Below, piece after piece: positions 12,476 to 23,182 of a stretch of 31,826 bases of DNA (positions are counted from its first letter, which is position 1; the number at the start of each line of letters is the position of its first letter). Origin of the DNA: Oopsacas minuta (taxonomy: Eukaryota > Animalia > Porifera); contig JAKMXF010000080.1 of NCBI GenBank assembly GCA_024704765.1, positions 1-31,826 of the forward strand. Direction: 5' to 3'. Made by a program: the position numbers and the translations under genes. The notes below the pieces were generated by a model. It did no database searches. It saw only the letters and a program-made list of their open reading frames with translations, and was not told the origin of the DNA.

Positions 12476-12556
<81 letters not shown>
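12476..12556. repeat. (TGT)27 microsatellite at a contig start
   Basis: Perfect trinucleotide run directly after the N at 12475. Confidence 0.97.
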
Positions 12557-12594
12557 CCTATCTAATTATACAAAGAAATTTTGTGATATCAACA

Positions 12595-13642
12595 ATGGCA
12601 TCAGCGCTTCATATTCTTGATCTTGAAATTGCTAGTAGCTTGCGCCATCAAAGAGTTTTCAGAGATCGACTAAATCCCCTAGATGAACATTCTGATGGAG
12701 AATTTATTGCTCGTTACAGAATCACTCGCTATATTTTTATGGAACTTCTAAATGAGATACGAGTAATTATTCTGATCAACAACACGTTCCCATTCCATAC
12801 TTCCAACAAGACAATTGGCAGTAGCACTACAGTTCCTAGCAACTAGTACATCTCAGACAGTAGTTGCTTCTGCTCATGGCATTTCACAAACACCTGTATC
12901 AAGGTGTGTCACTATGTGTGTGATGGCTTAACATCTATTGAAAGTAGATATATTAAATTTCCTAGTGAAAGTCGACAAAGAGTTTTCCAAGAATCATTTC
13001 ATCAACACGAAGATTTCCTCTTGTGTTCGGTTGTATCGATAGCTAGTATGTAGCCATCACTGCACCTGTATTTAATGAAGAAGTGTATGTCAATCGAAAG
13101 TTGTTTCATTCTATTAATATACAAGCAATTTGTGATCATTAATTTCGTTTCATAGATTCCGTTGTTATGTGGCCCGGGAGTACACATGATGCATTCATAT
13201 GGCGGCAATCCACTGTAAATGAAAAAATATCAAATGGCACTATACCAACAGTTCATGGATGGTTATTGGGTGATAGTGTGTATGGATTAAAACCGAATCT
13301 CATGACTCCAATACCATCTCCAACCACTCCTGGACAAAGAAGATATAATCTAGCCTTTGTAAATATTCGTAAACGATGAATGTTCTTTTGGCATTTGTAA
13401 AACTCGTTGGCGCTCAATGGACAAAACAGGAGGTTTCCTTTCATACAGTCCGGAAAAGTGTTGCAAAATTACTATGGCAACTATGGTACTGCAACATTTG
13501 CATTAACCATGGCCTCGATACTGACATCGATACTCTGGATGAACAAATTGATGAGACTCATACTCCCCATTCTTCAGGAAATGGAGTATTGATGAGACAA
13601 GAAATAGTATCAACTTTTTTGATTAAACTCAGGGCTAAGTAG
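12595..13642 (+). pseudogene. Harbinger (HARBI1-like, DDE_Tnp_4) transposase pseudogene
   Basis: [74 protein letters not shown]; many stops and frameshifts. Confidence 0.9.
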
Positions 13643-13890
13643 TTTCATTTGAATATAATTATAGAATAACAGTTACAGACATGGGGGAACGCCGTTGCCT
13701 TACTTTCTTACTTAGCAATACACAAATATAAGTATGCAATAACTAAATTTATCAAAAATTGTGGATTAATATACACTACCAGGGGGGAAATTCGTTGGAA
13801 ATCTGCTTGAAGCAACGAATGGAAACGATTGTTGTGCCAGGAGATTAATTATTGCTGTTTGATTTTGTACCATTTCAGGCTGTAACTGGA

Positions 13891-14504
13891 CTACGTTCCA
13901 ATAGATACTAAATTCTCTTTGATCTCTCTCAAATGTACTAACTTCTCATCCTCTTTTGAAATACGAATACGTTTTGTATCATCGTCAATGGACGTTATCC
14001 ACTGTGGAAGTTGTCTTTTCCTACTAACTGCTGCTGGTATTTTACCATCCAATGGGACTGAAGGATTAATTGGCATTTGGTCTGCTGATAGTTGGGAACT
14101 TTGTAGCCCCGCAGAGACGTCTATTCTATAACTAATTCCCTCGAAGCATTCTGTACTCCTTATGCTATAGATCTTTCCCTCCATTGGGGTTAACTCTGGA
14201 TCAGCTGGTCCACCCCCAGTTTTTCTGATAATTTATACTTTATCTGCAATGAGAGGTTTGTGCTTGCACAAAAGGTTAGACTACTTCTTTGTGACATCAT
14301 CTCTAGATCTATGCACACCGTAATGACTTGTTAAGCCACTCGCAAATTGATCCCAAAGTGAAGCTTTTTCTTCAAAAGTTAGAGATGCACTAAAGCTACC
14401 AAATAGCCTAGATTTATTCCTTCTACTAAATCAACTAATGTATTGATTTCTTCCTGTGAGTAATTTTTCGATCTTGTTTTTGTTTTATCTTGTTGAAGGT
14501 CCAT
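13891..14504 (-). pseudogene. Harbinger Myb/SANT-like DNA-binding protein pseudogene
   Basis: RSKNYSQEEINTLVDLV...EKASLWDQFA...KTGGGPADPELTPME, the typical trihelix plus TGGG signature of Harbinger ORF2. Confidence 0.82.
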
Positions 14505-15007
14505 TTTTCGAATATATGCTATAAACACTAGAAGTCTTTTCGAAGATGTATATAGTTAGAACTACTTAACTTTTCTCAGCTGCTGGATCAATCAATAGTA
14601 TCTTTCACCGCCTTAAAAGTGTTTGTTTAGATTTTACAGAGTTATTACCAAAATGTTATTGGGTAATTCACCAACAATCTTTAATATGGCTTTCGATGTT
14701 ATAATATGACTTCATGTCACCATATTGTTAAATGGAATAGGAAACTATGATGTACTGTTTACTCGTACATGAATATTTGCCTACCCCGAAATATTTCCCA
14801 ACCATCTCTTTCGGTCCTTGCTTGAAAGGTATTTGATAGAGAAATTTCAGGAATATGGTCATGGTATTATGACATCTTAGATCAATGGAATTTCCCAAAT
14901 AGATATCAAATTCGAATTTGTAGTTGAGAGGGCGAGAAATCGTAGACTAAAAATTGAGGCCGGCTACTCTTCGAATTAAAGATATAGTATTACACATAGG
15001 TTATTAT

Positions 15008-15262
15008 ACTTAAGTATTAAGCAAATTCGAAGTATCTATTAAGTTTTGAACATTTAGGAGTACTTAACGAAACTTAGCAAAATTTAAGGTATACTTAAGT
15101 ATTGAGCAAAACTTAAGTAAAACTTAAGTTTTGCTGATAGCTTAAGCAAATTTTAAGTATTCTATTAAGTTTTGAATACTAAGTAATACTTAACGAAAAT
15201 TAAATTATACTTAAGAATTGTTTAAGTTTCACTTAACTCTAAGTTAAGCAAAACTTAAGTTG
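15008..15262. repeat. Harbinger subterminal array of ACTTAAG(T) palindromic motifs
   Basis: About ten exact or one-mismatch copies of acttaag packed into 255 bp before the right TIR. Confidence 0.85.
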
Positions 15263-15279
15263 TTTTGTGAATGAGGCTC

Positions 15280-16860
15280 CAGGGCCTGTGCGAAATCTTA
15301 CAAGAGTTTGGAGTCCGAAGGGGTAGTTTGTTGAGTGAATGGCAGAAGAACCCGCAGGAGGAGCTGCGAAAAGCTGTCCATCAGTTTCGGAGCAGACTAA
15401 CTTCCGTAATTCATGAAAAGGGGGCTATATTGAATGATGTTTGTAATGTGTAATTAGCAATATAAGTCCTAAGAAAATTGAAAGTTTCATGACTTTGCAA
15501 TGGATAAATTTGAAATTATGGAGGATTGATATATAACAGAACTAATTACAGGGTGGTCCTTGAGTTCTGTCCCGCAGATAAAAGGTCATAATTTGGGAAA
15601 ACTCATTGAAATGACTTAAAATCTTAACATAATAACGTACACATTATTTGGATAATAATATATTAGGCTCATTCAATATCCACCCTTTTTCTTAATTAGA
15701 GCCCTAAGTCGTGAAGGAACCGCCTCTACTGCCATTCGCATGGTTTCCTGGGGGATTTCACTCCAAGCACGTATTATTGATCGCTTCAGGGCCTCCAAAT
15801 TTTATGGGATTTACAACAAGCCTTTGTTTGTAATATAGACAAACTGAGAAGTCTAGAGGGTTAAGTTCCGGACTAGATGGGGGCCATTCCTGTTTGGAAA
15901 TAAAGTCAGGACTTTTGGAATGAAGCCAGCTTTGAGTGGTATTTGCTGTATGTGCAGGGGCACCTTCTTGTTGGTCAAAAAAGGTTCATTGTTAAACATC
16001 GACTTGCAAAAATATTTGACTATAGGATTTAGAACAAGGTTTTGGTAAGTTTGAGCATTTATTTTTACCCCAGTTGGGATGAAAACTATTGGAGTCCGGC
16101 CAAGTGAGGATATTCCAGCCCAAACCATAACAGAACATAGTTTCTGTACTCTTTTACATATCTGTACTCCTCAAGGATGTAGACGCAGTAGGAGACAATA
16201 TTCTGTTGTTTTGTTGACTTTAAGCTTCCTCTATCGTAAATAATTTCTCATCTGGGAACAAGACGTGATCAAGACCTTGGATAGCGAACCGGTCAATGAG
16301 ACCTTTGCTTCTCTTCAGCTTCTTCTCCTTCATTACATTTGAAAAATAGTGTACTTTACGTTTTTTAAATGAGGATAAACCCAGGTGTCTTTTAAAAGTT
16401 CTTTGGAGGGAAGAACGAGATACCTTTAGCTCTGCAGCCATTTTTCTCACCGATCGACTGGGATTTCGCAATATACGACCTCTTACGATCTTCCTCATCC
16501 ATGTTGTCGTTACAGATGCGGGACGACTAGATCTGAGCTTGCAGAGACGCCGCCAGTATCTTTATACCTATTAATGGTACCGTATACAAACTTTCGCCTG
16601 GTTTTAGGAATATTGAGAAATTTCAAAATTTCACTTTGATCTTTCCCTTTTCGATATAATTCGATAATTGTTAGCCTTTCCGTTTCCATCGAGGAATTCG
16701 TCTAGATAAAACTATGAGATGATAAGATGACAGTTTAGAATACTTATAAGACTATATAGAAGCTTGAAAAGCAAAACCAATTACCCAGCTTTACCATAAT
16801 ATCTATGATCATGTAGTAAAGTGTGGGACAGAACTTATGGGCCACCCTGTGGGTACCCAG
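15280..16860 (+). mobile_element. 3' end of a second copy of maT element A (15280-15548 plus 16852-16860), with element B inserted in its right TIR
   Basis: 15280-15548 is the reverse complement of about 5720-5990; the TIR remainder gacaccctg appears decayed as ggtacccag plus TA after element B. Confidence 0.8.
15549..16849 (-). mobile_element. Full-length decayed maT-type (DD37D) element B
   Basis: 28-bp TIRs cagggtgg(t/c)cc(t/a)t(g/a)agttctgtccc(g/a)ca (24/28); VLFPDEKLFTIEE, MVWAGIS, QQEGAPAH-37 aa-D (WPPSSPELNPLDF). Confidence 0.92.
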
Positions 16861-17699
16861 TAGTAGCGTTCAAGAAATTTACAATATTACATCACCATTG
16901 ACTACTACCTTTCAAATATTTACGCTTTGATGTTTAATTTATACGAATCTCGAATATATGAATGATCCAGGTAGATTTCAATAGTCATCAAAGAACCATA
17001 ATCTTTATTTATTCAAATCCGAGTGCCTATAACATTAATAGAAATATTTTTGAAGTTTTTTCCAGGCAACAATATTAGCATGCATGAAGAATCCTTTAGA
17101 GTAACTCTATACAGGTGAATTAACTAATAGTATATATTACTCTTTTTACTTTCATTAGAAATTTTCATTCTAAGAGAGATAATGAGATATGACCTCCAAA
17201 ACGACCAAATTATCAAGAATTTTGTTAGATTTTCGACTCATACTTCATTTCCTTCTTTAGTAGTCCTTGTTAAGTAGGTTCTTGCTTTTCCTAGAGTATT
17301 ATCTGTAAATAAATATTTGGATACCAGTCTACATATTGCATGGCCTTTTCAGGAAAAGTCGAAATACATTCTGCAGTAGTAAATTCCTAAACTTAGCTTC
17401 GAAGTTTAGTTCAGTTTCATATTGTATATTCTTATTCATAGTCCAAAGAATGAATAGTAACATTTTTAAGGTTATGGGCGTACATAATTTTTCTTCATGA
17501 ATGAACCCATTCCCTGTTATGCAGCCAATTTTCGGAAAGCCATGACTTAAATAACATATTAAATGGCACAACATGGTATACGGCCTACTTCAATATACTG
17601 CTGTATATGTCACTGAGAAGGCTTGAAAACGAGATATAAACAGGAAATGTGTTTTTATCACATATCTCCAGATATATATGTTTTAGAATAGAAGTATGT

Positions 17700-18071
17700 A
17701 CTAATGTTGCTAATATTCTCTCAGTCACACAAATGATGTATGTTTCTCTCTATTTCTATTTCTACCCGCCAAATATTATCTCATTCCCTACAAATGATAT
17801 GTGTTGCTCTCTATCTCCATTTCTACCACGCTAATATTCTCACAGTCCCTGCAGAAGATGTGGGATACTCACTATCTCTATTTCTACTCGGCTAGTATTC
17901 TCTCAGTCATTACAGAAGATATGTAATACTTCCAATTTCTATTTCTACCCCGCTAATCTTCTCTCATTCCCTACAGATGTTGGGTGTTGCTCTCTATTGT
18001 ATTTCTAGCTTGTTAATGTTCTCTCAGTCCCTACAGATGAAATATGTTCCTCTCTGTTTCAATTTTTCAAG
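17700..18071. repeat. Degenerate minisatellite, unit about 60-61 bp, about 6 copies
   Basis: gctaatattctctcag-like starts at 17709, 17768, 17830, 17891, 17952 and 18012. Confidence 0.85.
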
Positions 18072-18539
18072 CTTATGTTCTTTACTTACAATATCGCATT
18101 TCCATTTTCTAACAATTCACGCGTTTGGCACTTTGCTAATATAGGTAAGTTTCTGATTTGGTCCTATTTTGTAATTGATTCCTTAGTTCAAATTGCGGTA
18201 TATACTCACTGCAAATTCATAAAATTCCACCTTTACGCGATTTCTTTGGCAAATATTGTGTACTACTAACATATTCTATTGGTTCAATACTTCAAATATT
18301 TCTATTTTACAATATTTCAAATACTTATTCCAACACACGACCTCATACATCATCTTTGTACGGATTCTTTCATGACTTCAACAGCAATAATCAGGAAAAT
18401 TTATCAGAAATCATATCGATGCATAATCAAACACCTCAAAGATCATTGGAATCCGTTGTTGATAATATGGATATAACACCTGGATCTGATCACTCTATGC
18501 CTGATGCACATGTTTTCTCAATACCCAGAAGTTCTAAAC
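18072..18539 (+). other. Possible spliced gene relic with a 42-nt intron (18145-18186); weakly reminiscent of class A GPCR TM1-TM4
   Basis: AG|GTAAGT donor and ttccttAG acceptor; spliced frame ANIVQIAVY..FHLYAISLA then a stop; a second frame is open from 18179 to 18622. Confidence 0.25.
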
Positions 18540-18975
18540 CAGGCTTGTCCAACCTACTGCCCGCGGACCACAATCCGCCCGCCAACATGCTCGGAACTGT
18601 GACCAGTTGTGTCGATATTTAATTGACTGAAACCTATTTGAGCGAACTCAATTAAGAGAAACCCAATTGAATGAAACCAATTTCAGAAAAGTGTGATTTC
18701 AATAACTTAAAAATCCTTAAATAACTTTCTAATTTAGTTTTGATCAAGTAATTATCTGTCACATAACTGGGTTTCTCTCAACTGGAATAGCTCATATGAG
18801 TTCCAAATAATAAACCATCTTAAACAATATTAGAATAACTACAAAACAAATATGTCAACTCCAGTGATTAAAGCAAAGAAAAGGAAAATTGATAGTGAAT
18901 GTCGAGTTTTCAAATCCTCATGGACATTCGATTTTTTTGTCGTAGAACACAACTAATACTTATTGTGCTTGATAT
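18540..18975 (+). mobile_element. 5' part of the SPIN/Charlie (GTF2IRD2-like) hAT element, ending in the TSD of the nested hAT
   Basis: TIR caggcttgtccaacct, preceded by ttctaaac (fits the NTCTARAN target); ATG at 18852: MSTPVIKAKKRKIDSECRVFKSSWTFDFFVVEHN*YLLCLI. Confidence 0.9.
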
Positions 18976-19105
18976 CAGTGGCGTAGCCACGGGGGGGCAA
19001 GGGGGGCACTTGCCCCCCCTTCCTATTGTGAACTAACGTTTTTGTCCGGCCTTTAGTAGTGTTCCTATTTCAACCAAGTACTGGGAACTGGAATAAATTA
19101 TGATT
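18976..19105 (+). mobile_element. 5' end of the Tip100-like hAT, cut by the N at 19106
   Basis: TIR cagtggcgtagcca is the exact reverse complement of 4324-4337; preceded by TSD cttgatat; G/C-run subterminal motifs resemble 4301-4312. Confidence 0.92.
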
Positions 19106-20637
19106 NAGCCATGCTATACAAGTATCTTCATCAATAGTGATATTACGAAAAAGTTGTTTTAAGGTAATTTCTTCAATAACTGGAAATATTGTAGGAACCA
19201 GCAGAGGTTGAAACGATGGAGCAACTGCCATTAAGGATTCTATTATAGCAATATCACAACTCGAATAATTAGAATTTGTTAGTTATATTTCCCTGATATT
19301 CCCTTTATACTTGACTTAAGATTGATCGAAATGCATTGTATGATCGTTTGGAATGTATTCTTTAATTATTGGTAATAATTACATGTGGTTTGCTTGCCAC
19401 TTCCCTAAACCATTTGCTGTTCAACTCAGTAACCAGACAAACAGCATTCCAATTATACTAAATTTTGTATGTAATTGATACTGGTATAACTATGAACACA
19501 TCAATAAAACTATACAATAGAATTAAATCTGAAACCACATATTTTTACTACAATTCTCATGTTTAATCTCAAGCATATTTACCATATTTTAGGTGATTGT
19601 TGGTTGTGAAGAAAATTTATGTAAATAATCTCATAATCAAATAAATGTCTCATCCGGATCATTATATTGTCTTCCGATAACAATAACTAGTAAATAGAAT
19701 TTCATTTGGCCATATTAATCCCAAATTAGGCGATGTACCTAGTACGTAGCTTATTACAATTTCCTAAATCAAGAGAAATCGTCCTGAGTGAGTTACTAAT
19801 TTTTACTCGATTACCTGAATTTGTCCTAATTAAGCGGAGTTGACTGTCTAATAATACTGACATTGTAGGGACGCAGGAATCACAAACTTACTGTTGCAGC
19901 ATTTACCACATCTCACCATTAATATAAATTGCTAATTATTGGTTCGGAGCGACCACCAAACCTGTTACACCACCTCATAAGGCCCTGTACTGTAAACTTC
20001 CATTATAAGCTAACATCAATTATATGGCTAAACTCACGCTATAACAAAGTGATTCATACACCTCCTCCAGTTCGAAAGTATTGATCTTACTCCGCATATA
20101 TCCTAATGCTGCAGATCACGAAATGTAACCGAGTTCGTACCGGTCCAGAACACTTCGTTATAATGAGAGTGTGTTGCAGTTACAAACTGATTACACTTGC
20201 TCAAGTTTATCTATAATAGACATTTGACCTCGCACATTTGATTCAGGCAAGAAATACCACCCGTATTATACTTGCTATCCAAAACTTGATACCTTTGCTC
20301 TGCACCGGCTAAACATTATCGGGGTATTACAGCGCAAGTGTCAACCCCATACTTTCCAACATGAGTGAAGATAAAAAGCTGGACAGAAGGGGCTAATTGA
20401 GCGGGACATCGTCAGATGCAGCCTATTTGTATTAGACTGGACTACAAAATAGAGGGACAATTAAGGGTTTTGTTAAGTTTTGACTGGACATTAGCCTCAT
20501 TGGCAGTCAACACATATTCGGGGCGAGAAATCGTGGTGTCCCGCCAACCAACGGAGCAGTTGGCAAGTATGGTACGTTTGAACGACTTCACATACACGAT
20601 GCAATTTAGTTGCAAGCATAATAATAAATTAAATGCT

Positions 20638-21037
20638 GCATTGTATATTTAGTGTTGTAGGCAGAATTATGTAATAACCAGCTTTCCTTTAAAGTAACAA
20701 GAATTACCTGCAGTGAAATACACTGAATAGCAAAGAAATGAACATGAAAGAGTAGAATAACAAGCATGTGTAACCGCAATATCAACAGTATGAGCATTCC
20801 TATGGTAATTGTAATGTCTAAATTAATACAATTTGACTATAGTGAGTAATATAATTTTCTCCATGGGATTTGGCTTAGGGAGTAAATTTTTCGTAACTTT
20901 GTCAATTTTAATCCGATTTTGGAGTTCTTTAGCTCTATCAACTCCTCTCAACGACTTCTTGAACGGTGCATATAGGGATTTTTGACCACATTAAAAAAGT
21001 TGGGATGTAAGATTCTGCAATTGTACCGAATATTTAT
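20638..21037 (+). repeat. Dispersed repeat of unknown family, copy 1
   Basis: About 400 bp, highly similar to the reverse complement of 31428-31826; full extent not defined. Confidence 0.88.
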
Positions 21038-21692
21038 CCAGAGAGCCAATTTTAATTTTACTTAAATTGCCATTTTCTATTCAGCAAACAGCAAAAATCA
21101 CGTTATGGATATAATTCATGGTGCAAAGCCAAATCAACATATTAATTAGCAACTTGTATCGGATTTTGATTCCAAATTTGTTGGCCAGACTAAATGCATA
21201 TTCACTAAATATGGTTGTATTTTGATATTAATGATGCTTCACGCTAAATGTAGATATATTCCACAATTCAACTCCCACAATAATTTTCACATTACGTACT
21301 TGTCAGTTTTTGCGACTTGATTTGTCATTCATTCAGAAACTCTACTAGATGCTGAAACTAATTTTCCTCACTTTTTGGATTAGGTGAGTGTGAAGGCATT
21401 GTTTTACTGTATATTTTATGGAATATTCCTTACAACAACTGAAACATTTATGACAAACTTAGTTGACCGGGTAACCACCAAGAGGAGAGAGAAGTCTACC
21501 CGGAAAGCTATGTAAAGTTACTCTCACATGGCCACCAGAGAATCAGATTATAACTTCTCCTTCAGCAATCATTTTACATTTTACACTAACGAACATATAA
21601 TTAGTGCAAATTATACCTGCTACCTTAGTCTAACCATGTTTTTCAAGGCTGGGCCAACCAGCGCAGAAATAAATCTACTCGCATCGCAATCC

Positions 21693-21945
21693 TCGATCTC
21701 TATCATTCTCCAAACATATTCGAGTAATTACAGTTTGAATGGGCTCTTGACTCGAACTGATAAATAATGAATATTTCGATGCGTATATAACTATATATAT
21801 AACGTGTGTGTGTATGCAAATTATGAAACTGTTAATCTATTCGAAGTCATCGATCTGTATCATTCTCTAAACATCTTATTTAAAGCAATTACAGTTTGGA
21901 TGGTATCTTGACTCGAACTGATAGATAATTAATTATTCGAGATGT
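21693..21945. repeat. Imperfect local duplication of a ~90-bp motif, 157-bp offset
   Basis: tcgatct.tatcattctc...aattacagtttg...cttgactcgaactgata at 21693 and 21850. Confidence 0.7.
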
Positions 21946-22152
21946 ATTTTAAATATTCCATAACCTCTGCAGTGACAGTCGCATGAGAGACAATACAGTG
22001 TTGCTATGCTTCAAAGTTCTCCCTGTAGCGGATAATGTACGAGGATCGTGAATATCCGATTTGAGCACACTCCTTAACCCAAGAAATCATTTGGATTCTT
22101 ATAAATCCCATTCTAGTTAGATCATACAGCTTGTCAAAGTTAGTCCTATATA

Positions 22153-23065
22153 CAGTCAAGGGACAAAAGTATTCGACCACACAGTTATATTGTAATAAAT
22201 TGTATGCTCTTTCCCGCTCCTATATATTGTGTAGATTATATTTGTAGCTGCAATCTAGTAGTTTGTATAGAATAAAATATATTTTTCAAGAATTTCCAAA
22301 AAATAATTTTGATTTACACTTTTTGAAGGTGTTAATTAGTAATAATTATTAGATAATTATTGATAATCAAAATATGTGGTAATTCGAAACCTATTAAGAA
22401 TCTATAATTTCTGACTTGATATTTGAATTCTATGTAAGCGAGTTACCACAGATTAAAATTTCCAATGGGATTGAACAATTTTACCAAAGTTATAGAAGAA
22501 TTTCAATTTGTTCACTTGTGCCACTTTTTGCATAATGCGGTACAGGTGGCAGGAAAAAGCGCCACCACAAGGAAATCAACTAGGATTAGGAGGAATAAGT
22601 CAAAGTAATATATTCGAATGATATGACTATGCTAACCCTTGAATTGCAAAATAACCTCTTGGTAGCGGCCACCTGTGTCACCTTGGGCAAAAGGTGGCAC
22701 AAATGGCACAAATTGAAATTATTCTACAACTTTGGTAAAAATTGTTCAATCCCATTGGAAATTTTTAATCTGTGATAACTCGCCTACGTAGAATTCAAAT
22801 ATCAAGTCAGAAATTATAGATTCTTAATAGGCTTTGAATTAACACATATTTTGATTATCAATAACTATCTTATAATTATTAATAATTTACGCCTTCAAAA
22901 AGTGTAAATCGAAAATATTTTTTAGAAATTCTCAAAAACATATTTTTCTACGCAAACTACTAGATTGCAGCTACGAATATAATCTACACAATATATAGGA
23001 GCGGGAAAGAGCATACAATTTTTGACAATATAATTGTGTGGTCGAATAATTTTGTCCCTTGACTA
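22153..23065. mobile_element. 913-bp foldback / long-TIR non-autonomous Tc1-type element
   Basis: Arms 22153-22550 and 22668-23065 (about 398 bp each) are inverted copies; ends TA|cagtcaagggacaaaa ... ttttgtcccttgacta|TA; about 117-bp non-coding spacer. Confidence 0.93.
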
Positions 23066-23182
23066 TACAATTAGTAATACATGGTCACAGTCCTATAAAG
23101 ATATATGAAATATTTAGTTGTTCATTGCTTTAACGATACTTCCCTACATCCGTTCGAGATGATGAAAGAAGAAAAGAGTATA

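Larger units (their letters stand above)
12557..15279. mobile_element. PIF/Harbinger element; right end intact, left end missing beyond the gap
   Basis: Convergent transposase and Myb/SANT relics; right terminus revcomp GAGCCTCATTCACAAAAC followed by CAG (15280-15282); subterminal ACTTAAG array. Confidence 0.88.

Noticed and set aside
12430-12846. 138-aa ORF with a long poly-leucine run
   Set aside because: Artefact: it crosses the N gap and reads through the (TGT)n microsatellite; only the part from 12595 is Harbinger transposase.
17700-18071. Regularly spaced repeat considered as a CRISPR array
   Set aside because: The whole unit is repeated with no unique spacers, there are no cas genes, and the context is eukaryotic; the same applies to 3291-3669 and 24529-24656.
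19860-20630. GC-richer stretch with HYRGIT and LTGH words suggestive of a LINE relic
   Set aside because: The motifs are isolated, in different frames and not spaced as in LINE ORF2; cannot be supported.
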